Source: an uncultured Gammaproteobacteria bacterium
Lineage (GTDB): Bacteria; Patescibacteriota; Patescibacteriia; Magasanikbacterales; GWA2-37-8
Length of the DNA: 64,000 bases
Direction of reading: 5' to 3'
NCBI GenBank assembly: GCA_964514995.1
Contig: CAZETA010000001.1
Span: 15,148 to 79,147, forward strand
Within the stretch, counting starts at the first letter, position 1. Every line of letters begins with the position of its first letter. Under the pieces are notes generated by a model. That model made no database searches and was not told the DNA's origin. It saw only the letters and a program-made list of their open reading frames with translations. A program made the translations under genes and the position numbers. Below are positions 38,789-46,641 of this stretch, one piece after another.

Positions 38789-39917
38789 TATCTACTTTCC
38801 AATTTGGGTCAACCATAATTTTTTCCCAAGCAGTGAATTCTTTTTTGAGAGCATGATTATAGCTGGCCGCCGCGATCATAGCGCCGTTATCCATGGCATA
38901 TTTTAATTCTGGAATTTGTACACTCATCTCAGGAAATCTGGCATTGATTTCTTTTTGTAAAGTTTCGCGAAGTTTTTTATTGGCACTGACACCGCCGCCA
39001 AGAATGACGGTTTTTGGTTTATACTCTTCCGCGGCTTTGATGGTTTTTGTGACCAGCACATCAATTATGGTCTGTTCAAAGCTGGCGCAAAAATCATTGA
39101 TTGAAACGCCACCGGTTGTTTGGTTGTCATTCTGAGGGAGAGAATCGACCGAAGAATCCCTTTCGTTTGTGTTTAAGGGATCCTTCGCGTTGCTCAGGAT
39201 GACGCCAGAAATTTGATTGTCCCGCAACCAATACAGTGCCGAAGTTTTCAGTCCCGAAAAACTAAAGTTATAATCGCCGCTATCAAGCATGGGGCGAGGG
39301 AAGTGGATGGCTTTGGTATTTCCTTCCAGAGCTAATTTGGATATTTGCGGTCCGCCTGGATACGGAAGTCCAAGGAGTTTGGCAACTTTATCAAAACATT
39401 CTCCGGCCGCATCGTCTCTGGTTGAGCCAAGAATTTTATACTGGCCATGATTCTTCATTAGAATTAATTCCGTATGTCCGCCACTGACGATCAGAGCGAG
39501 AGCGGGAAATTGTATTGCAGGTTGAACAAGTTTTGCATTTTCTAATTGAGGGTTTACCACTTGGGTTGAATAGATATGTCCCTCGATATGGTTGGTGGCC
39601 ACCAGCGGTATATTCCAGGCATAAGAGAGGGTGCGAGCAGCTTCTACACCAACAAGTAATCCGGTAATGAGTCCCGGTCCGGCAGTCACCGCAATCACGT
39701 CTGGCCGCGGTTGATTCTCAAGGACTGCTTCAATAAGCGGTACTATTTTTTCCGCATGCATACGGCCGGCGATTTCCGGTACCACGCCGCCATATTTTTT
39801 GTGCACATCAATTTGGGAGGCGGTTTTTTCTGACACCACAAAAAATCCATTATCAGAACAGTCTAATAAGGCCACGGATGTATCGTCACAGGATGATTCG
39901 ATGCCGAGAATTAACAT
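38778..39917 (-). CDS. tsaD: tRNA N6-adenosine threonylcarbamoyltransferase TsaD, carrying an about 30-aa in-frame insertion.
   Basis: ILGIESSCDDTSVAL N-terminus, HMEGH metal site, and GGVSAN near the C-terminus. Confidence 0.85.
   Translation of the reverse strand: MLILGIESSCDDTSVALLDCSDNGFFVVSEKTASQIDVHKKYGGVVPEIAGRMHAEKIVPLIEAVLENQPRPDVIAVTAGPGLITGLLVGVEAARTLSYAWNIPLVATNHIEGHIYSTQVVNPQLENAKLVQPAIQFPALALIVSGGHTELILMKNHGQYKILGSTRDDAAGECFDKVAKLLGLPYPGGPQISKLALEGNTKAIHFPRPMLDSGDYNFSFSGLKTSALYWLRDNQISGVILSNAKDPLNTNERDSSVDSLPQNDNQTTGGVSINDFCASFEQTIIDVLVTKTIKAAEEYKPKTVILGGGVSANKKLRETLQKEINARFPEMSVQIPELKYAMDNGAMIAAASYNHALKKEFTAWEKIMVDPNWKVDTTQ
39126..39203. repeat. Imperfect 78-nt palindromic element inside the tsaD coding sequence.
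   Basis: Outer arms gtcattctgag / ctcaggatgac (11 bp, one G-U). Inner arms gaagaatccctt / aagggatccttc (11 of 12). 12-nt central loop. Confidence 0.5.
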
Positions 39918-39964
39918 AATTCTAATGCCATATCTATCCTGGCTATTTTAGAATTGTATGGCTG

Positions 39965-40036
39965 TAGCCCCAACGGGAATCGAACCCGTGTTACCACATT
40001 GAAAGCGTGGTGTCCTAGCCACTAGACGATGAGGCC
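39965..40036 (-). tRNA. tRNA-Glu (anticodon UUC).
   Basis: The reverse complement GGCCTCATCGTCTAGTGGCTAGGACACCACGCTTTCAATGTGGTAACACGGGTTCGATTCCCGTTGGGGCTA folds as a cloverleaf with anticodon loop CTTTCAA. CCA is not encoded. Confidence 0.75.
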
Positions 40037-40132
40037 AAATAGAGTAGCCATATTATACCTAATTTTAAATTAAAGTCAATAATTGTATTGACTTTAAGGG
40101 CTAATTTTAGTAGTATTATCTTGCTTATTACA

Positions 40133-40206
40133 TGTCAGGGTAGCTCAGTTGGTTAGAGCACGGGATTCATAACCCCGAGGTCGAGAGTTCGAATCTCTCC
40201 CCTGAC
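40133..40206 (+). tRNA. tRNA with CAU anticodon (elongator Met or lysidine-type Ile2).
   Basis: GTCAGGGTAGCTCAGTTGGTTAGAGCACGGGATTCATAACCCCGAGGTCGAGAGTTCGAATCTCTCCCCTGACA. Perfect acceptor and T stems, anticodon loop TTCATAA. G1-C72 paired, so not initiator-like. Confidence 0.8.
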
Positions 40207-40245
40207 ACAGTTGTCAAAAACCGCCATTTATTTTAATAATTTCTA

Positions 40246-40281
40246 TAAAAAACCAACTAAATCTACAATGGTTGGTTTTTT
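40246..40281 (+). terminator. Rho-independent terminator after the tRNA.
   Basis: aaaaaccaac taaatctacaat ggttggtttttt. Confidence 0.6.
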
Positions 40282-40648
40282 ATATATTCTTTAGGTTGCT
40301 AGATAGTTAACTTCGTTAAAACGGAGTTTACGAATAAGTGAATAAATGCACTTTGATACTACTATCAAGCAGGGGATTTGCCAAGAGGTTTGACTAGTTG
40401 AAATATGGTTAAATATGCAACTCTATTGACAAATTAGTGTTTTTATGATATAGTAATTCGATTACTTTAACTTAAAGTAAGGAAAAAATAGACGTGCTAA
40501 GAAGTAACAATTGCCCTTCCCACATAGAGAGTAGTGTTCTAAGCTAATAATACTCTTTAGCTGGGAGGAGCGATAAACCACCGTCTGTTTGTTGGCCTGC
40601 TGGGCTGGCAAAGATGATGGAGAAGCAACTCAAAGGAGGATTGATTCC

Positions 40649-40879
40649 ATGAGCACGCCCAGTAAGCCCCCGGTGGTCGCGGCGATGCCGGTCACCGACG
40701 AGATGTCCCACGGACCCGACCGCGGTCGGGATGCCGAGTTCCCGACCGACAAGCTGCCGCCCTTCGACTGGTCGAAGGTGGAGTACGACCGCTGGATCGA
40801 GCGGCGCGGCCCGCGTTGCTCGACGTGCGGCGGGACGCTGGGGCATGACCGCCCCTTCAGCAGCAACTGCAGCTGCTGA
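40649..40879 (+). CDS. Hypothetical 76-aa Cys-motif protein (possible zinc ribbon) in a GC-rich islet.
   Basis: ggagga RBS 8 nt upstream of the ATG. C-terminal C..C...14..C.C motif (CSTCGG....NCSC). Local GC content is far above the flanks. Confidence 0.35.
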   Translation: MSTPSKPPVVAAMPVTDEMSHGPDRGRDAEFPTDKLPPFDWSKVEYDRWIERRGPRCSTCGGTLGHDRPFSSNCSC

Positions 40880-40985
40880 CCATGTTTCGGGCCAGTTGGC
40901 TGCAAAGCTGACTGGACTGGAACTAAAGCGTAGGCAGATCGACGACGACTCGGCCGCACCGTGCGACCGCGGCGGCTCACAGACA

Positions 40986-41048
40986 CTTCATCCGAGCCGT
41001 TCGCACAACCTAATAATATTATTGTTACGTTGTGTGAGCTCGGATGAA
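40986..41048 (+). other. Long hairpin with a 12-bp outer stem (cttcatccgagc / gctcggatgaag), an inner cacaac/gttgtg stem and an AT-rich loop. It ends the GC-rich islet.
   Basis: Inverted repeat read directly from the sequence. Confidence 0.5.
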
Positions 41049-41061
41049 GATATTACATTTA

Positions 41062-41095
41062 AAAACAGTCTTTCTTTTTGGGAAGGCTGTTTTTA
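41062..41095. terminator. Weak terminator-like hairpin flanked by A- and T-runs, possibly bidirectional.
   Basis: aaaaacagtctttc...ggaaggctgttttt. Confidence 0.35.
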
Positions 41096-41205
41096 GTTAA
41101 TGTGTAGGCTGACGTATAAAAAACAAACCCCACCAGCAATGGGGTATGTCATATTTAACAACAAACAGCTCTTATACTGACGTTTTAGCAGTTATACGGA
41201 TTGAA

Positions 41206-41442
41206 CTATAGGGGATTGCCAAAGTTATCCCATGGTCCAAACTCTTCTTTCCACAGTCTTCTGAGATAGGCAATTAAAATCACAGTGCCAATCACACCCA
41301 GACCAATATGGATAGAGTAGAGGGCAATAACCACAATAATGATTAATACCCATTTTATAATCCACTCCGGATAATTAGTGATCATAGTATATATAGAAGC
41401 AATAAATCGACCTTTGCTTATATTTATAAGACAAATAGTCAA
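41206..41442 (-). CDS. Small hypothetical membrane protein (78 aa, two TM helices).
   Basis: Hydrophobic core WVLIIIVVIALYSIHIGLGVIGTVILIAYL. Confidence 0.4.
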   Translation of the reverse strand: MTICLINISKGRFIASIYTMITNYPEWIIKWVLIIIVVIALYSIHIGLGVIGTVILIAYLRRLWKEEFGPWDNFGNPL

Positions 41443-41445
41443 AAA

Positions 41446-41835
41446 TCAGAAATGGAGCAACCTATTAAAGTCTTTGCCTCCCTTATACTGGTACTTGTGT
41501 AGTAGGGTGTCTTTTATTGCCTGAGTACAAGATAACTTTCCGTAGGCATCAACCCATGTGCTGATCGTTTTAGAATCAATGACATACATATTTTTATCAG
41601 GCGGTATCAGAATAAAATAATAGTTTTCTCGTGGCTCAAACTTTCCGACATTAAAGATCCATCTCGGTAGCCTGCCTTTTATCTGAATATCTATATGCCT
41701 GCCATCTTGTTGTCGGATAATACAATCAATGCCTTTGTCATCTACTATCGGAACATAGACATCAAAATTATGGCTCAATAGCTCTGATACAACTCTATAC
41801 TCACACGATTTTCCAAATGATAATGATTCTGGCAT
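41446..41835 (-). CDS. Small candidate PD-(D/E)xK-fold nuclease-like protein (130 aa).
   Basis: Ordered E (GKSCEYRVVSELL) ... D (FDVYVPIVDDKGIDCII) ... QxK (HIDIQIKG) pattern, as in Hjc/Mrr-type small nucleases. The start is placed at the second Met because the upstream in-frame codons cover a highly structured region. Confidence 0.4.
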   Translation of the reverse strand: MPESLSFGKSCEYRVVSELLSHNFDVYVPIVDDKGIDCIIRQQDGRHIDIQIKGRLPRWIFNVGKFEPRENYYFILIPPDKNMYVIDSKTISTWVDAYGKLSCTQAIKDTLLHKYQYKGGKDFNRLLHF

Positions 41836-41856
41836 ACAAACAAAAACGGCCCCTTT

Positions 41857-41950
41857 ATCCGGGCGGCAACCTTTCGGTCGCCCTACCACCTTTCGGAGGT
41901 AGACTACGTCAGCAGAACCCGGTCAAAAAGACCGTTTTACTGACGTAGAT
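41857..41950 (-). other. Structured leader-like region: two adjacent hairpins with cc-tttc-gg loops, then a 9-bp TGACGT-containing stem enclosing a smaller hairpin.
   Basis: gggcggc aacctttcg gtcgccc; ctaccacc tttc ggaggtag; ctacgtcag ...cggtc aaaaa gaccg... ctgacgtag. Confidence 0.4.
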
Positions 41951-42199
41951 TTGATGACCATGCCTTAGGTTGCCCTAAAGTTTAGGTCGCTAATTGTACC
42001 GACTTATAAAAGTCGATTTCATTTTAACATACAGGAAAAATAAAGCCAATGTAGCGATATGCACAAGCTACAATCGACTCTAAACCGACGAAATCGATGC
42101 CGTATATCGTCGATTAGTGTAAACATAGAGAAATTTACTTGCTGAGATTAATAGTTTGAGTTATGGTAAGCTTAATTCAGCTTTTCTATAATTAAATTA

Positions 42200-43114
42200 G
42201 TGCGATTTATGAAAAAGATTAGAGTTTGTTATAGAAGTAATAATAAGATCACTCCTTTATTTATAATAGGCTACTACTCAGATGGCGGATTTTTTATTAA
42301 GGATTTAATAAAAAGTTACGGTGAGAATTATCTAGTATCGAAAACCTCTATTCCGAGAAATTTAAAACCTGCTGAATTTACTAATTCCAAAATTAATAAA
42401 AAAAATACTTGGCACACAAGTTTTATTAAGCCAAAGTTTTCACATCATGGTAATGGGTTTGCTCAGATATCTGAAACCGGTCTCAGGAGTGGTGTTTTTA
42501 AGACGGTAGGATTTTTTAAAGGGGTTGCTATTAAGAGTATAAATTTATTTTTACGCAATAACGATGGCGGCCCTCTTTACGCATTTAATATTTGGGGTCT
42601 TGATAATATGGAGTTTAACCAAGATGTAAAAGGGGACGATATCATCTTAGATGACGCGGACTTTTTTGATTTTAGGCCTCCTTATACAAATACTCCAGGT
42701 TGTTTTATATTCGAATTTTTCTATCTTCCTAATCAAGCAAAAGGTCACATAAATAAAGATGGTAGAATATGGCTTCGTTGGGACGGGTATGGTGACTATA
42801 TTGCCAGGTATATACCTGAAGAGGAGTATAGTCCAGGGTTTCTAGCAATCTCATGTAAAAAAGATGTGCTCGGGAGTGGGTTTAATCAATGGCCGTTTGG
42901 TCTATCTATGAGCGGTTGTCCGGGGTTTCCTCGTCTATTAGATTTTTTTCGTTCTTATAAGCAAATAAATGTTATCTACCCTGTACGATCTTTTGGTAGT
43001 GAAGTACCTTTTAATGCGAGAGAATTATTATTTACAAAGTTTTGGCACACAGTTTCTATTCTAGATGATCGAGTTTCAAAAATAATTAATGCATTGGTTG
43101 CAAAAATTAAATAG
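42200..43114 (+). CDS. Hypothetical protein (304 aa), island gene.
   Basis: Clean ORF with a TATAAT box about 15 nt upstream. No recognisable motif. Very AT-rich codon usage. Confidence 0.45.
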   Translation: MRFMKKIRVCYRSNNKITPLFIIGYYSDGGFFIKDLIKSYGENYLVSKTSIPRNLKPAEFTNSKINKKNTWHTSFIKPKFSHHGNGFAQISETGLRSGVFKTVGFFKGVAIKSINLFLRNNDGGPLYAFNIWGLDNMEFNQDVKGDDIILDDADFFDFRPPYTNTPGCFIFEFFYLPNQAKGHINKDGRIWLRWDGYGDYIARYIPEEEYSPGFLAISCKKDVLGSGFNQWPFGLSMSGCPGFPRLLDFFRSYKQINVIYPVRSFGSEVPFNARELLFTKFWHTVSILDDRVSKIINALVAKIK

Positions 43115-43123
43115 TTTTATAAT

Positions 43124-44071
43124 ATGCAATTGTCTATTCGGTATATAGATACGAACATTAAAAGGTATGATGGCTTTCATAAAGGCACCTCTTCTTTATG
43201 GGGTGTAAGATTAGCGAAAGGTTACGGGGTATTACCTATAAAGCACGAGCATGATCTAAATCCACAAAATAAAAATTTTGATTATTCTGATAAACAGATT
43301 GCACTAGCAAAAAATATCAGAATAGGTTTATATCAAAGAATACTACAGCCAGATGATATAAAGAAAGCGTTGTATTATAGTCCAGTTACTCTAGAATTTG
43401 AAATATTTAGTTCTATATATACCGACCACGACGGTGTAATTTCTATGCCAGATCTTGAGGAGGATAAAAAAGAAGAATTAGCACACGCTGTTATGGTATA
43501 TGGACACGATAAGAATGGCTATAAGATATTCAATCATTGGGCTAATTGGGGCAATAATGGTAAGGGGTATGTTTCCTTAGATTATTTAAAAAAGTACTTT
43601 ATTACGGCATTTGCATCTGATCTTGTGATAAAGATGCATGACACTCGTTTATGTTTAGAAAAGAAAAAGGTCAGGATAAAAAACCTAGACTATTACTTTT
43701 CATTTTATGAGACCCCTTCTTTTTTGGGTGACCATAAACCTATTTTTAATATTGAGATTTCTGATAGTAAAAATGAATTAGCGGGTTGGATACATTTTAT
43801 ATTTAACAATGACAGTGTAGAAATTTTAGACATTTTTGTTCTAGCTGAGTTTAGACATAATGGGCTTGGTTCTTTTTTGCTAAATAAGATGATTGAATAT
43901 ACAAAGCCTAAAAATGTTACTGGTTTCATTTCCGGCTATGATCTAGTAAATGATAGAGATGAGATTGTAAAGGATTTCCTAATAAAGAATGGTTTTACAA
44001 TAGCCCGTGATACTAGTGGATTTAGGGATTGTAAATATAAAATTTTAAAAATAGATAATTGTAAATGGTAG
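43124..44071 (+). CDS. Fusion of an N-terminal papain-like (C1-like) domain with a C-terminal GNAT acetyltransferase fold.
   Basis: HAVMVYGHDKNGYKIFNHWANWGNNGKGYVSLDY matches the C1 His / Asn-Ser-Trp-Gly..Trp-Gly..Gly-Tyr region. The N-terminal KGTSSLWGV sits where QGxCGSCWAF is expected, but without Cys. C-terminal FRHNGLGSFLLNKM is a GNAT motif A. Confidence 0.5.
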   Translation: MQLSIRYIDTNIKRYDGFHKGTSSLWGVRLAKGYGVLPIKHEHDLNPQNKNFDYSDKQIALAKNIRIGLYQRILQPDDIKKALYYSPVTLEFEIFSSIYTDHDGVISMPDLEEDKKEELAHAVMVYGHDKNGYKIFNHWANWGNNGKGYVSLDYLKKYFITAFASDLVIKMHDTRLCLEKKKVRIKNLDYYFSFYETPSFLGDHKPIFNIEISDSKNELAGWIHFIFNNDSVEILDIFVLAEFRHNGLGSFLLNKMIEYTKPKNVTGFISGYDLVNDRDEIVKDFLIKNGFTIARDTSGFRDCKYKILKIDNCKW

Positions 44072-44166
44072 GTCAAAGTTTACCACTCGTAATCAGTGGT
44101 TCATAAATTACCTTGCAAAACCTGCATCTATCTGTCATCATATGTATGTAATGATGATATAAATAT

Positions 44167-44631
44167 ATGCTCGATCGATCAAGAGTTACACATACGGTAG
44201 GGGAAACCATTGTGGAGCCAAAAATACCCAAAGAGATTACAAAACATATAGACTTCAGCTTAAATGTTGACGCGCCTCATTTTGAACCTGGTGATATAGC
44301 CAGACAGATTGAAGAACTTGCCGTAGCAGATGGCCTTTCTCGTACTGATTTTGAATATATACAGAATGAATTTGATGAGGGAAATAATCTAATTTCTTTG
44401 TCTGCAGTAGTTAAATCTAGTGCTGCTAAACGGCAGAACTGTGGAGAGATTGTATATAGGTATATGGTTGAAGGAGATCATGGTGAAGATTGGGGAGTTA
44501 TAAATCATACTTGTATTTTCAGGTTTTCATCAAAAGTAGAGACGCCTGATGAAATGACAGATATAGAGATTATCTTGGTGTACGATTCGAAAAGAAAGGT
44601 ATGGGTAAAAAAAGGCCAAAGCTTGCAGTAA
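44167..44631 (+). CDS. Hypothetical protein (154 aa), island gene.
   Basis: Clean ORF. No recognisable motif. Confidence 0.45.
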   Translation: MLDRSRVTHTVGETIVEPKIPKEITKHIDFSLNVDAPHFEPGDIARQIEELAVADGLSRTDFEYIQNEFDEGNNLISLSAVVKSSAAKRQNCGEIVYRYMVEGDHGEDWGVINHTCIFRFSSKVETPDEMTDIEIILVYDSKRKVWVKKGQSLQ

Positions 44632-44716
44632 AAAAGTTTGCCACCTGTCTCGATTAAGCCTACAATATAATTAAAAGTACTCAAAAACTATCAAATTGTA
44701 CTTCTTAACTAAAAAA

Positions 44717-44741
44717 GCCCTTCTTCATCAGAAGGAGTTTG
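44717..44741 (+). terminator. Weak terminator-like hairpin closing the island.
   Basis: ccttct tcatc agaagg then agttt. Confidence 0.3.
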
Positions 44742-44805
44742 GTGTGTATTTTACTTGCGTTAGTAATTTCGATATAATTTAAAAGTGAGTATCTATTACC
44801 ATACT

Positions 44806-45816
44806 ATGTCAACAATCAAAAAATCACACATTGCTTTTTACGGACTGTGGCCCGGACTGCATGAAAACGCACGAACATTATTGCGAGACTATTCATGCTC
44901 TCTGCATAGTGAAAAGTTAGGCGCGTCTAATATTGATCCTGATGCGGAAGTTATTGCGGTATTTATTGAATCACCGGTAACCAAAGAAATGATGGCTAGA
45001 TTCCCGCAATTAAAGTTAATCGTAGCTATGAGTGTTGGCTATGATCATATTGATCTTAAAGCTGCCAAACAGCGCAAAATTGCGGTAGTCAATGTGCCCA
45101 CGTATGGAGAAAATACCGTGGCCGAACATACGTTTGCCCTAATTCTCGGTTTGACCCGCAAGCTGTTTGATTCTGTAAAGCGGGTAAAAGAGGGTATTTA
45201 TGATTTTCACGGACTGCGAGGCGTCGATATAAAAGATAAAACTCTGGGCGTAGTGGGCACCGGTCATATCGGCTCTCATGTTATACGAATCGCTACAGGG
45301 TTCGAGATGAACGTGCTGGCCTATGATGTAAAGCCAGATCAAGAATTAGCAAAAAAATTAAATTTTACTTACACATCACTTAATCAACTGCTAAAAAAGT
45401 CAGATATTGTCACATTGCATACGCCGTTGTTTAAAAATACGTATCATTTGATAAATAAAAAGAACATTAAGTTTATGAAGCAGGGTAGTCTGCTCATTAA
45501 CACTGCTCGCGGTGGTTTGATAGAGCCTGAAGCATTATTGCAGGCGCTTAAGACAGGTCCTTTAGCCGGAGCAGGACTTGATGTGTTGGAGGACGAAGGG
45601 CTTTTGCAGAATTTTGAAGAAGTCATGAGCTGCGCTGATAATAATTGCAAACTAAAAACATCGTTAATTAATAACCTTATTATTGATCATCCTAATACCA
45701 TTATTACTCCGCACAACGCCTTTAATAGTGTGGAAGCCCTACAGCGCATTGTTGATGTGACGGTCGAAAACATTAAGAGTTTTTTTTCTGGTGTAATTAG
45801 TAATCAAGTGAAGTAA
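44806..45816 (+). CDS. D-isomer-specific 2-hydroxyacid dehydrogenase family (D-lactate or phosphoglycerate dehydrogenase-like).
   Basis: NAD-binding GVVGTGHIGSHV, catalytic R/E/H spacing (NTARGGLI ... PHNA). Confidence 0.8.
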   Translation: MSTIKKSHIAFYGLWPGLHENARTLLRDYSCSLHSEKLGASNIDPDAEVIAVFIESPVTKEMMARFPQLKLIVAMSVGYDHIDLKAAKQRKIAVVNVPTYGENTVAEHTFALILGLTRKLFDSVKRVKEGIYDFHGLRGVDIKDKTLGVVGTGHIGSHVIRIATGFEMNVLAYDVKPDQELAKKLNFTYTSLNQLLKKSDIVTLHTPLFKNTYHLINKKNIKFMKQGSLLINTARGGLIEPEALLQALKTGPLAGAGLDVLEDEGLLQNFEEVMSCADNNCKLKTSLINNLIIDHPNTIITPHNAFNSVEALQRIVDVTVENIKSFFSGVISNQVK

Positions 45817-45894
45817 GCGGAACTTTGTATTAGCCTTGATTATACCAACAAAATCAGTCTTTCTTAAACAGAAAGTTTTTGTTATACTTTCTGC

Positions 45895-46641
45895 ATGAAA
45901 TACATACTTATTATATCAGTCGTCATTGTAGGAGTCGGTATATATTTGAACCGAAGTTATGCCCATATCTATGGTGTTATTGGTGAGAAACATCTGCCTG
46001 GCTACAGTGTGCGTCAGCGCATAATTCTGCCGACTGCATTAACAAATCCCAGTAAAAAAATAGTGTATGTTGTTTTGGGAGACAGTCTGACAGCGGGTGT
46101 CGGCGCCAGCGCTGAAGATAAAACCTATCCATATCAACTCGCCGCATTATTGGCTGAAGAGCAGAAGGCGCAAGTGACATTAGTGAATCTGGCTGTTCCT
46201 GGGGCGGCCGCTGGGGATGTGCTCCGAGACCAAGTGCCGCAGGTGGCGCAATTTCATCCGGATGTTGTTTTGGTGGCCGTTGGGATCAATGATATGCACA
46301 ATCGAGTTTCATCAGAAATTTTTTCACACACAATGTCTGAGATTGTTGACAGGCTTACTCGTACGACGCAACATTTAAATGTTATAAATATCCCGTTTAT
46401 CGGGAGTAGGGAAATATTTTTACCCCCATATAGGTTTTATTTTAATCTACAAACCAAACAGTATAACTCCTTATTGGACGAAGTCTTGGTTAATCGGCAG
46501 GCTAACGTGATTGATCTATATGGACTGACCCGCGGAGATGCAATGTTGGGCCAGGAGTATTATGCGGCTGACGGTTTTCATCCTTCGGATTACGGCTACG
46601 CGGTTTGGGCCGATTCTTTATATGATTATCTCGATTATTAA
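45895..46641 (+). CDS. Secreted SGNH/GDSL hydrolase.
   Basis: Signal peptide. GDSL block VVLGDSLTAGVG. C-terminal DGFHP block (Asp/His of the triad). Confidence 0.7.
   Translation: MKYILIISVVIVGVGIYLNRSYAHIYGVIGEKHLPGYSVRQRIILPTALTNPSKKIVYVVLGDSLTAGVGASAEDKTYPYQLAALLAEEQKAQVTLVNLAVPGAAAGDVLRDQVPQVAQFHPDVVLVAVGINDMHNRVSSEIFSHTMSEIVDRLTRTTQHLNVINIPFIGSREIFLPPYRFYFNLQTKQYNSLLDEVLVNRQANVIDLYGLTRGDAMLGQEYYAADGFHPSDYGYAVWADSLYDYLDY

Noticed and set aside
40283-40560. AT-rich 280-nt spacer between the tRNA terminator and GC-rich islet 2, checked for att-like direct repeats of the tRNA 3' end.
   Set aside because: No copy of the tRNA 3' end (tctcccctgaca or cccgttggggcta) was found here or near 44.7 kb, so integration boundaries cannot be defined from this window.
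41845-41915. RNase P RNA-like P4 strands (uccgggc ... cagaacccgg).
   Set aside because: The two motifs are only about 50 nt apart and none of the other conserved RNase P regions (P10-P12, GGAAAGUC, AGGGUGAAA) is present. This is not an rnpB gene.
41107-41950. Repeated ctgacgt(a) 7-mers (41109, 41176, 41898, 41938) that looked like possible element termini or att sites.
   Set aside because: A 7-mer is expected several times by chance in 64 kb on two strands. Only the 41898/41938 pair forms a convincing inverted repeat, which is reported as part of the structured leader.
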